Shown one piece after another: positions 26,617-35,006 of a stretch of 52,961 bases of DNA. The position numbers and the translations under genes were made by a program. A model generated the notes under the pieces. The model saw only the letters and a program-made list of their open reading frames with translations, did no database searches and had not been told where the DNA came from. Where the stretch lies: the IMG/VR virus record IMGVR_UViG_3300025769_000070; one strand, 5' to 3'. Positions within the stretch are counted from its first letter, which is position 1. Each line of letters starts with the position of its first letter. The DNA is from a virus. Taxonomy: Duplodnaviria > Heunggongvirae > Uroviricota > Caudoviricetes.

Positions 26617-28392
26617 ATGAAAAAGTTGCTATCAATATTAATTCTATTTTTAGCTTCTTCTTCCAATGGAATGGCGGTTGAGCAAGACGATAGAGTTCTA
26701 AACCTTAATGGCTGTACAGGATTCCTTGTTGATGGGAATTATCTTGTTTCGGCAAAACACTGTCTTGAATTATTAGGTCAAAAAATTACTTTAAACAGGA
26801 CTAGTGGAATTACCGCAGACCTAGTTTATGTAAGTAATTCAAAAGACGGACCTATTGTCTATTATATAAAAGGTAAAAGATATAATTCCTTTAGTGTTGC
26901 CAGCGAAGTTCCTCCTACTGGCAGTTCAGTATACTCTATTGGTTTTCCAGGCGGAAACTACGCGGTTATTACGGGGAAAATGGTTGGTACATTAGACCCG
27001 TCAAGGTCTGAGAACGTAGTTAGTATGAGGGTTAATCCAGGCCATTCTGGCGGGCCTTTATTCTCTCAAGATGGCGAAGTTATTGGAGTTGCTTTATCTG
27101 TTGCTTATGATCTAGATGTTAATAGCTCAAACTTTGCTTCTTGGTCTTCTGTGAAAAAGGCAATGCTTGAAGCAAAACGTGCTACTGGAGATAATAGTGT
27201 TCCTAAATTTAATAAGGAACTAGTTATCTTTAGTTATGTAGGTTGTGAGCCATGCGATAACCTTAATAACGAACTTGACTATGCAGAGCTTAACCGTAAT
27301 GGAATTAAAGTTACTAAAGTAGTTTTAGATAAAGATAAATGGTCTAATGAGGCTTTAGTATCTGAATACAAGGCTGTAAATGGTGAGAATATTGAAAGTT
27401 TTCCGACTATGTGGCTTAGAGGATCTACTCAGGTAAAAGTTGGATACAAAAAAGGTACAAAACTTTCTGTATTTGGTTGGATTATAAATGGATTTAAAAA
27501 CATTGGTAGATTTTTATTCGGAGATAATCTTCAAGGAGAAATTGAAGACGAGCCTGAATTTTCAACTCCAATGCCAGTGCCAACACCATCACCAGACGAT
27601 AATGTTCCTACTCCAGATAATCTTGAGGAGCCTCCTGTTGAACCTCAGACATATACTGAAGAGATTGATTGGGAAAATGTCTCTATAGTTATTGCAGCTA
27701 AAAAACAAGATATAGGATATACTAGAGGCAAAGCTTTAGAAATTGCTCTAAAAGCAATCAAAGGCCCAATTCAGAGAGCTAATGATGAATACTTTGAAGG
27801 TAAAGCAAATATTATTTTCGTGGACGAGCGTACACAGCCTCAAAAATATCAGTCACTTTTGGACGCAGCCGGTGTTGACTTTGAACGTTTTTATGTTATA
27901 GCACTTGTAAAAAAGCAAAGTCTTGGATTAAAGGGATTGATTGCTTCAAAAGTAGAGTCTTCCATACTGAAAAAACTTCCAGAAGGCATCCCATTGGAAG
28001 TTATATTTGAGAGAGTACATTCGGATTCTTATTTTGCTATAACTAAATCATTAACAGTATCTGACACACCTGTTGAGGTTTTGGCAGAAGGCTCAATTAA
28101 AGATGATATCATTAATTCTCTTAAGGGTCAAATTGATGAAGTCAAAAAAGACCTTACGAATATTAATGTGCCTGATGATGCGACTATTGCTGATAAAGTA
28201 AAGGCTAATATTCTGCCAGCCGTATTAGAAGCTGCAAAATCTAAGGATGAAGATGGAACTGAAAGAACTTGGGTCATGCGTCTTATGGCTGGAGCTATGG
28301 CTTTATTTGGTGTAGGCAAGGGGGTTAGTGGCTTTAGAGGGTGGATTGCTGGTAGAGCTATGGCAAAAGCCCAAGAAATGATGCAGTCTTAA
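26617..28392 (+). CDS. secreted trypsin-like serine protease fused to a thioredoxin-like CxxC domain
   Basis: Signal peptide, TGFLV, SAKHC, NPGHSGGPLF, CEPC, Pro-rich linker, C-terminal hydrophobic helix. Confidence 0.8.
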   Translation: MKKLLSILILFLASSSNGMAVEQDDRVLNLNGCTGFLVDGNYLVSAKHCLELLGQKITLNRTSGITADLVYVSNSKDGPIVYYIKGKRYNSFSVASEVPPTGSSVYSIGFPGGNYAVITGKMVGTLDPSRSENVVSMRVNPGHSGGPLFSQDGEVIGVALSVAYDLDVNSSNFASWSSVKKAMLEAKRATGDNSVPKFNKELVIFSYVGCEPCDNLNNELDYAELNRNGIKVTKVVLDKDKWSNEALVSEYKAVNGENIESFPTMWLRGSTQVKVGYKKGTKLSVFGWIINGFKNIGRFLFGDNLQGEIEDEPEFSTPMPVPTPSPDDNVPTPDNLEEPPVEPQTYTEEIDWENVSIVIAAKKQDIGYTRGKALEIALKAIKGPIQRANDEYFEGKANIIFVDERTQPQKYQSLLDAAGVDFERFYVIALVKKQSLGLKGLIASKVESSILKKLPEGIPLEVIFERVHSDSYFAITKSLTVSDTPVEVLAEGSIKDDIINSLKGQIDEVKKDLTNINVPDDATIADKVKANILPAVLEAAKSKDEDGTERTWVMRLMAGAMALFGVGKGVSGFRGWIAGRAMAKAQEMMQS

Positions 28393-28393
28393 T

Positions 28394-28642
28394 ATGATAG
28401 CTTTATTAGCATCAATAGGTATTGGCGGCTCACTTGGCACTATAATAGCAATTTTAGAAAACCCAGCAACGGGTATTATTTTAAAATTTGCAAAAAAAGC
28501 CGTAATTGCACTTTCTCAGGGAAAACACCTTTCTGAGGCTGAAAAACAGTTCATAAAAGACTATAATCATCAAGAGGTAATGGTCTACGGACACGATTTT
28601 TCAGATCAGCTAAAAATCGCAAATTTAATGCGAATCCACTAA
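28394..28642 (+). CDS. small membrane protein
   Basis: Hydrophobic N-terminus. Confidence 0.55.
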   Translation: MIALLASIGIGGSLGTIIAILENPATGIILKFAKKAVIALSQGKHLSEAEKQFIKDYNHQEVMVYGHDFSDQLKIANLMRIH

Positions 28643-28656
28643 AAACGGGAAAATAG

Positions 28657-29169
28657 ATGCGACCTTCTAAGGATAGAGACTTTATGGCATCGGCTTTTCA
28701 TTATGCATTTCGTTCACACGATTTGCAATCAAAAGTCGGTGCTGTAATTGTAAATAGAGATAAAAGAGAAGTCGGTAGAGGACGAAATGGTTTTCCTTCT
28801 GATATTAATAACAACAAACTTCCTACTACACGACCAGAAAAATATCCTTTTATGGTACATGCTGAAATAAATGCTTTGGCTAATATGATTATCAAGCCAG
28901 AAAAAGCATCCATATATGTCACCCGTATGCCTTGCTGTAATTGTGCAAAAGCTTTGTGGCAGAATAATATTCGTGAATGGAATGTTCCAACTCAGTGTAT
29001 GGACTTTTCTTCAGAAAAACCTTCTATAAAATTCTATAGTGAGGATGACAATGCCTTATTAGATTTACTGATTTCTAATGGATTAATAGTTAATTTTCAT
29101 GATTTTAACATGGATGATCTATCTGAAGTTGTAGAAGCCAACAAACAGTATTTTAACTATCTAGACTAA
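28657..29169 (+). CDS. dCMP deaminase
   Basis: VGAVIV, G.NGFP, HAEINA, PCCNC. Confidence 0.9.
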   Translation: MRPSKDRDFMASAFHYAFRSHDLQSKVGAVIVNRDKREVGRGRNGFPSDINNNKLPTTRPEKYPFMVHAEINALANMIIKPEKASIYVTRMPCCNCAKALWQNNIREWNVPTQCMDFSSEKPSIKFYSEDDNALLDLLISNGLIVNFHDFNMDDLSEVVEANKQYFNYLD

Positions 29170-29178
29170 AGAAAATAA

Positions 29179-31608
29179 ATGTATACATACGAAGAATCAC
29201 TCAGAGATAGTATCGAATATTTCAATAACGACGAATTAGCAGGGAAGGTATTTGTCGATAAATATGCTTTGAGAAATAAGGGGAATGATTTATTTCATGA
29301 GAATACTCCTAAAGATATGCATCGTAGAATATCTGTAAATATTGCACGTATTCAAAAAAGAAAATATACATCTCCTTTGTCAGAAGAACAAATTTTTAAT
29401 CTTATTGATAGATTTAAATATATTGTTCCTCAAGGCTCTCCGATGTATGGAATTGGAAATCCCAACTACGTATCAATCGGTAACTGCTTTGTATTAGATC
29501 CTCCAGAAGATACATATAACTCAATACTGGCTACTGATGAACAATTAGTTCAAATTAGTAAACGTCGTGGCGGGGTTGGTATAGATCTTTCTAAATTACG
29601 TCCAGTTGGGGCTTCTACTAATAATTCTTCTAGAACAAGTACCGGCGTACCGTCATTTATGGAGAGATATTCTAACTCAATCCGGGAAGTAGGTCAGTCG
29701 GGCCGGAGGGGTGCTCTCATGCTATCCCTATCAGTGCATCATCCGGACGTAGAAAAGTTCGCAACTATTAAAAAGGATAAGACCAAAGTAACTGGTGCCA
29801 ATATATCCGTTAGGCTTACTGATGAATTCTTGCAAGCTGTAAGAAACGATGAAGAGTATACACAGTATTGGCCTTTGACAGGTAAGGCACAGATTAAAAG
29901 GAATGTATCAGCAAGAGATGTTTGGCATACTTTAATTTCTTCAGCACATGATATGGCAGAACCCGGACTGTTGTTCTGGGACAACATCATTAAAGAGAGT
30001 CCAGCCGATTGTTATGAAAACTTTAAATCTGTTAGTACAAATCCTTGTGCTGAACTTCCTCTTTCATCTATGGACGCATGTCGCCTATTATGCTTGAACC
30101 TTCTATCATATGTGATTAATCCATATACAGAAGAGGCAAAATTTGACCTCAAATTATTTTTTGAACATTCTAAAATAGCTGCCCGTATGATGGATGACAT
30201 TGTTGATTTAGAGGAAGAGTGCATTAATAGAATTCTTAAAAAAATTGATAGTGATCCAGACCCTGAAGAAATTAAATCTCGTGAACGATCAATTTGGACA
30301 CGAATTCTTGAAAGCTGTGTTTCTGGTCGTCGTTGTGGTTTGGGGATTACCGCTCTAGGCGATACGTTAGCCGCTCTAGGCATGGAATATGGTTCTGATG
30401 AATCTATTGAAAAAGCAGAAGAGATCTATAAGGCACTTAAATTAGGCTCTTATACCGCATCTGTGGAAATGGCTGAAGAACTGGGGACATTTGAAGGATG
30501 GGATTATGAAAAAGAAAAATCCTGTCCTTTCTTAAAACGTTTCAAAAAAGACGTTTTAGAATATGAAGGTGAAATCCTAGTAAAAGGTAAAGAGCTATAT
30601 GAAAGGATGAAGAAATCTGGAAGGCGGAATATAGCATTATTGACTATTGCTCCAACAGGCAGTGTTTCTACAATGACACGTACTACTTCTGGAGTAGAAC
30701 CAGCTTATCTTTTGGAATATACACGTAGAAAGAAGGGGAACCCAGGGGATAATAATTTCAGGGTTGATTTTATTGATGCTAGTGGCGATAGCTGGATGGA
30801 GTTTAAAGTTTATCATCCGCAAGTTGAAGAGTGGATGAAAGTCACAGGCGAAACTGACGTAACAAAATCCCCTTGGTATGGCTGCTGTGCCCCAGATTTA
30901 GACTGGACTAAACGTGTTAAATTGCAAGCCGCTCTACAGAAACATTGTGACCACTCTATCAGTTCAACTGTTAATCTTCCGAATGAGGCGACAGTGGAGC
31001 AGGTTAAAGAGATATATGAAACAGCTTGGCTATCTGGATGCAAAGGTATTACAGTTTATCGTGATGGCTCTCGTACCGGAGTGTTAATATCGGATACCGC
31101 AAAAGATAACAGTGTTATTAAACGTCCTGATGATTTGCCTTGTGAAGTTCATCATATTAGTGTTAAAGGTGATCCATATTTTGTTCTAATCGGACTTGTT
31201 AATGGTAAGCCTTACGAGGTGTTTGCCGGTCGTAATGGATGTATTGATTCCGGAATTAAGACGGGTGTCATCCACAAAGTCAAACGGCCAAAATGCTATC
31301 GTGTTACTTTTGATGACGAATCTCAATTACAGCCAATCACCGCAGCTTGCTCTGACAATGAGGAAGCTTTGACTAGAATGATTTCTATGTCTTTACGTCA
31401 TGGGGCGGCTATTAATTATGTAGTTGATCAACTTCAAAAGACTCAAGGTTCTATGACTTCTTTAGCTAAGGCCATTGCTAGAGCATTAAAAAAACATGTA
31501 CCCGAAGGCTCTAAGTCTTCCCAAAAATGCACAGCGTGTGGAGCCAATATGATTTTCCAGGAAGGCTGTAATAAATGTGTTGGGTGTGGGGCAAGTAAAT
31601 GCTCATAG
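29179..31608 (+). CDS. nrdJ: adenosylcobalamin-dependent (class II) ribonucleotide reductase
   Basis: NCFV, TNPCAE, TIAPTGS, KGITVYRDGSR, C-terminal TSCPD-like and Zn-ribbon regions; no nrdB partner in the window. Confidence 0.92.
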   Translation: MYTYEESLRDSIEYFNNDELAGKVFVDKYALRNKGNDLFHENTPKDMHRRISVNIARIQKRKYTSPLSEEQIFNLIDRFKYIVPQGSPMYGIGNPNYVSIGNCFVLDPPEDTYNSILATDEQLVQISKRRGGVGIDLSKLRPVGASTNNSSRTSTGVPSFMERYSNSIREVGQSGRRGALMLSLSVHHPDVEKFATIKKDKTKVTGANISVRLTDEFLQAVRNDEEYTQYWPLTGKAQIKRNVSARDVWHTLISSAHDMAEPGLLFWDNIIKESPADCYENFKSVSTNPCAELPLSSMDACRLLCLNLLSYVINPYTEEAKFDLKLFFEHSKIAARMMDDIVDLEEECINRILKKIDSDPDPEEIKSRERSIWTRILESCVSGRRCGLGITALGDTLAALGMEYGSDESIEKAEEIYKALKLGSYTASVEMAEELGTFEGWDYEKEKSCPFLKRFKKDVLEYEGEILVKGKELYERMKKSGRRNIALLTIAPTGSVSTMTRTTSGVEPAYLLEYTRRKKGNPGDNNFRVDFIDASGDSWMEFKVYHPQVEEWMKVTGETDVTKSPWYGCCAPDLDWTKRVKLQAALQKHCDHSISSTVNLPNEATVEQVKEIYETAWLSGCKGITVYRDGSRTGVLISDTAKDNSVIKRPDDLPCEVHHISVKGDPYFVLIGLVNGKPYEVFAGRNGCIDSGIKTGVIHKVKRPKCYRVTFDDESQLQPITAACSDNEEALTRMISMSLRHGAAINYVVDQLQKTQGSMTSLAKAIARALKKHVPEGSKSSQKCTACGANMIFQEGCNKCVGCGASKCS

Positions 31609-31790
31609 ACTATATTAGTAAATTTTTTTGTGAGCAATATATAAATTCATTATGGAAAGATATCACTTATCAAATAACTAATAAAAGTTTTGATAAGTTT
31701 ACCACCGATCATATGAATGAGGAAGAAATATTAGAAAGTATGGAAGATATTTTTGCTGACAGTTTTTACTTAGGAGAAAAAATTGGGTAG
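31599..31790 (+). CDS. hypothetical protein
   Basis: 63-aa ORF. Confidence 0.5.
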   Translation: MLIDYISKFFCEQYINSLWKDITYQITNKSFDKFTTDHMNEEEILESMEDIFADSFYLGEKIG

Positions 31791-31953
31791 TAAACCTTCC
31801 ACACAGGACAAAATAGTTGGCCTTATTCTTTTATCAGCCCTTTTTTCTATTATGATTTGGGTTGGATTTACTGCACAGAAGAAGATGTTAGGGATTTACG
31901 ATCTTGAAGATAGAGTTAGGTATTTAGAAGAAAAATTAAATAAAAGATCATAA
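31783..31953 (+). CDS. small single-TM protein (not in the ORF track)
   Basis: TAGGAG RBS then TTG start; 56 aa with the helix IVGLILLSALFSIMIWVGF. Confidence 0.5.
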   Translation: MGSKPSTQDKIVGLILLSALFSIMIWVGFTAQKKMLGIYDLEDRVRYLEEKLNKRS

Positions 31954-31972
31954 TTTATTTAGGACTAATCGC

Positions 31973-32410
31973 ATGAAGATTTCTGTTAAACGCTTATCTC
32001 CTACAGCTATAATCCCAACGAAAAGCCATCCTACAGATGCTGGATACGATCTGTATGCGGATGAGGATGCTGAACTTTTACCCGGCGAAACAAGGCTGAT
32101 CAAGACTGGAGTAGCTATTTCCGTACCAAAAGGTATGGTTGGGCTTTTATGGGATAGATCTTCTTTAGGAAGTCAGGGGTATCACCTTCATGGGGGTGTA
32201 ATAGATCATGGATACACTGGAGATGTGAGTGTTGCATTATGCAATACAAATATTTCAGGACATCCAAGCCTTCCTAAAAAGAATATTAAAGCGGGAGATA
32301 GAATTGCTCAAATTATTTTTCAAGATGCCAAGCATTTTGAATTAGAAGAAACGCAGGAACTTGATGAAACAGGAAGATCTAAATCTGGTTTTGGAAGCAG
32401 TGGTAGATAA
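31973..32410 (+). CDS. dut: dUTPase (trimeric)
   Basis: AGYDL, RSSLG, GVIDHGYTG, GDRIAQ, GFGSSG. Confidence 0.95.
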   Translation: MKISVKRLSPTAIIPTKSHPTDAGYDLYADEDAELLPGETRLIKTGVAISVPKGMVGLLWDRSSLGSQGYHLHGGVIDHGYTGDVSVALCNTNISGHPSLPKKNIKAGDRIAQIIFQDAKHFELEETQELDETGRSKSGFGSSGR

Positions 32411-32432
32411 TTCCAATAAATAAGAGATTCAT

Positions 32433-33131
32433 ATGAGAAAAAGTAGACAGCATGATCACGATTCAGAAAAACCTGCTCAACCTCAAAGAAAGTTAAAAAG
32501 AAGTTTTGAAGCTAAAGGGAAGAATCAAACGGAATATGTATTGTCTATAATTAAGAATGACATCACATTTTGTTCTGGACCTTCGGGAACCGGAAAATCA
32601 TTTATTTCAGCAGGAATCGCTTCGCAGCATCTTTTAAAAGGCAAAACAGAAAAGCTAATTGTTACTAGACCTTTAGTGACCGCCGGAGCAAGTTTAGGTG
32701 CGGTTCCTGGAGATATCCAAGAGAAGGTAAGACCATACTTAAAACCTATGGAAGAAAATCTTCGATACTTTCTTGGAGATGAAAATTTTGATGAATTACT
32801 TGAACAAGATGTTATACGATTTGAGCCATTAGAGTTGATGAGAGGTGCTAGTTACCATAATTCTTATATGATTCTAGATGAAGCACAAAATTGCACATTA
32901 AAACAGATTAAAATGTTTATTACTAGAATTGGGGAAAACAGTAAGGTTCTGATTAATGGAGACGTTGATCAAACAGATTTAAAAAGGGATAGTGGATTAC
33001 ATATTTGCGTATCTAAATTGTCTCAACTAAAAGGTGTAGGAGTATGCGAGTTAACAGATGATGACATTCAAAGAAATCCAATTATAAAGTCTGTTTTAAT
33101 GGCCTTAAAAGATGAAAATATTTATGATTAG
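32433..33131 (+). CDS. phoH: PhoH-like ATPase
   Basis: GPSGTGKS, MRGASY, ILDEAQN, GDVDQTD. Confidence 0.93.
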   Translation: MRKSRQHDHDSEKPAQPQRKLKRSFEAKGKNQTEYVLSIIKNDITFCSGPSGTGKSFISAGIASQHLLKGKTEKLIVTRPLVTAGASLGAVPGDIQEKVRPYLKPMEENLRYFLGDENFDELLEQDVIRFEPLELMRGASYHNSYMILDEAQNCTLKQIKMFITRIGENSKVLINGDVDQTDLKRDSGLHICVSKLSQLKGVGVCELTDDDIQRNPIIKSVLMALKDENIYD

Positions 33132-33324
33132 AGACCAAGATAATAATCCTGTAAAAACATATAAAAATACTTGGTGCTATAAAACACTTGGAACTGCTAA
33201 ATCGGCTGCAAAAAGTATTATCAAGCATAAAAATAAGAAACTTGATAAGAACTCAAAATTAAGTTTCCAGTATTTAAAGATAATAGAGTGCGAATTAGTA
33301 ATAAAAGAAACACATCCTCTATAA
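33112..33324 (+). CDS. hypothetical protein
   Basis: 70-aa basic ORF. Confidence 0.55.
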   Translation: MKIFMIRDQDNNPVKTYKNTWCYKTLGTAKSAAKSIIKHKNKKLDKNSKLSFQYLKIIECELVIKETHPL

Positions 33325-33623
33325 TACTTTTTAATCTAATGTGGTTGATTATCGGATTAATTTCTGCTGTGGATGTTTATTATGCTATAAAGTTTCAAAA
33401 GACTCTAAAATTAATGGAAGAGAATCCTATTGGACTATATCTAATAGAACTTTCCAATGGAGATATATCATTATTCATGGGTTTAAAAGTTTCTGGTACT
33501 GTCTTAGTTTTAGGTTTTCTTCAAAATTACTTTTATCTAAGTGGCTGCAAAAAGAAAATAGTTAAAATAACTTTTGGAGTTACCTTATTCCAATTATGGC
33601 TCCTTTACTATATGAGTAATTGA
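33288..33623 (+). CDS. multi-pass membrane protein (DUF5658-like)
   Basis: Three hydrophobic helices with D.Y and E.NP motifs. Confidence 0.6.
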   Translation: MRISNKRNTSSIILFNLMWLIIGLISAVDVYYAIKFQKTLKLMEENPIGLYLIELSNGDISLFMGLKVSGTVLVLGFLQNYFYLSGCKKKIVKITFGVTLFQLWLLYYMSN

Positions 33624-33965
33624 ATGAGTTTATATGATTATTCCTGTAACTATTGTGGATTCTTATGGGAGAACGTCAGTCAATCTATTCACGACGCACC
33701 AAAGAAGCAATGTCCAAGATGTAAGAAAATGTGTCTCACAAGGTTAATTAGTCTAGGACTTCCCCCAATAGTAATAGGAGAAGCTACCACTTTAGGACAA
33801 TTAGCAGATCGAAACACTAAGAAGATTGGTAAATACAAAACTTCAGAAGAAAAGGCTAAACATGAAGAAATCATAGGTAAGGGTACAAAAGAAAGAATAG
33901 ACTTAAATAAGAAGATTTCCAAAATGACGCCAGAACAAAAATTAAGGTACATTGAGAATGGATGA
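33624..33965 (+). CDS. FmdB-family zinc-ribbon protein
   Basis: YDYSCNYCG...QSIHD...CPRC. Confidence 0.8.
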   Translation: MSLYDYSCNYCGFLWENVSQSIHDAPKKQCPRCKKMCLTRLISLGLPPIVIGEATTLGQLADRNTKKIGKYKTSEEKAKHEEIIGKGTKERIDLNKKISKMTPEQKLRYIENG

Positions 33966-34275
33966 TTTTTTAAAGAACTCTATTACGTACAATGAAACTT
34001 ATTTCAATAATGAAGGTAAAGAATGTGTAGATAATGACAAGTGTTATGCTAAGATGCTAGTCAAAACAATTGATGGAAGAGAAAGTATCACATATTCAAT
34101 TATGTGTAAGATGAATCTTTTAGTAGATCCTTGGGGTGACGACTGCTCACAAAGAAGGGTGATAGAGAATACCTTCAAAAAGGTAAGTGAAGATTGTTTT
34201 CGTCTTTATATCAGATACTTAAAGACTCGTGAACAACGATTTCTAACTATAGCAAAAAGGAAACAAAATGGCTGA
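33952..34275 (+). CDS. phage hypothetical protein
   Basis: 107-aa ORF, coupled. Confidence 0.65.
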   Translation: MRMDDFLKNSITYNETYFNNEGKECVDNDKCYAKMLVKTIDGRESITYSIMCKMNLLVDPWGDDCSQRRVIENTFKKVSEDCFRLYIRYLKTREQRFLTIAKRKQNG

Positions 34276-34609
34276 AGAAAAATCAAAAAGATATCGTATG
34301 ACTAAACTTCAGAAATATTTTATTGATAATCATTTAGAATCTGATCCTAAATCTCTAGCTATTGAATTAGGTATTCCGGCAGATGTAATTGATCGTTACA
34401 TGAAAAAATCGATTCGGGAAGGGAAATTAGTAAAAAAACCAGAAAAAGAAACCCCCGAGACTCCAACAGATGACAAGTTGATGTCTAAGAACAAGAGATA
34501 TGGGGCTGTGGCGATGACTGAAGCTGCCGCATCTAAGGCTGATAGTTCTAGAGGTGCTGGTCTAAAGAGTAAATATTACAATGACGCAATCACAACCATC
34601 AGAAAGTAA
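34268..34609 (+). CDS. phage hypothetical protein
   Basis: 113-aa ORF, coupled. Confidence 0.65.
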   Translation: MAEEKSKRYRMTKLQKYFIDNHLESDPKSLAIELGIPADVIDRYMKKSIREGKLVKKPEKETPETPTDDKLMSKNKRYGAVAMTEAAASKADSSRGAGLKSKYYNDAITTIRK

Positions 34610-35006
34610 GCCCTACAAATCTTTTTATGGTGAAATTTATGTCACAGAATCAGCACACTTAGCAGAGCTAATATTTAAGAGACGCTCTGAACTTAACAAT
34701 GAAGGCACATTGCCTAATTTTTTTTGGCGTATTCCAAAGTATAAAAAATCTTTTGGTCTACAAACTATGTACGCCTCTAGATTGTTAAAGACTTATGATA
34801 TTTCTGCTATAATTAAAGGGCTTAATAACAAGGCTGTTAAAAATGTCCTGTCTTTTTCCAATAAAAGGCTGATACCATTTATAGATGAAGCACAAAGTCT
34901 AGTAAAAGACAAAGTCTTTGAAGATAAGACCCAGCAAGATAAGAGTAAATTAGAACCAAAAAAACCTTTTGGTAAGAAAAATCTTTGGAGTATACTGAAT
35001 GAGTAA
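34581..35006 (+). CDS. phage hypothetical protein
   Basis: 141-aa ORF, coupled to recA. Confidence 0.65.
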   Translation: MTQSQPSESKPYKSFYGEIYVTESAHLAELIFKRRSELNNEGTLPNFFWRIPKYKKSFGLQTMYASRLLKTYDISAIIKGLNNKAVKNVLSFSNKRLIPFIDEAQSLVKDKVFEDKTQQDKSKLEPKKPFGKKNLWSILNE

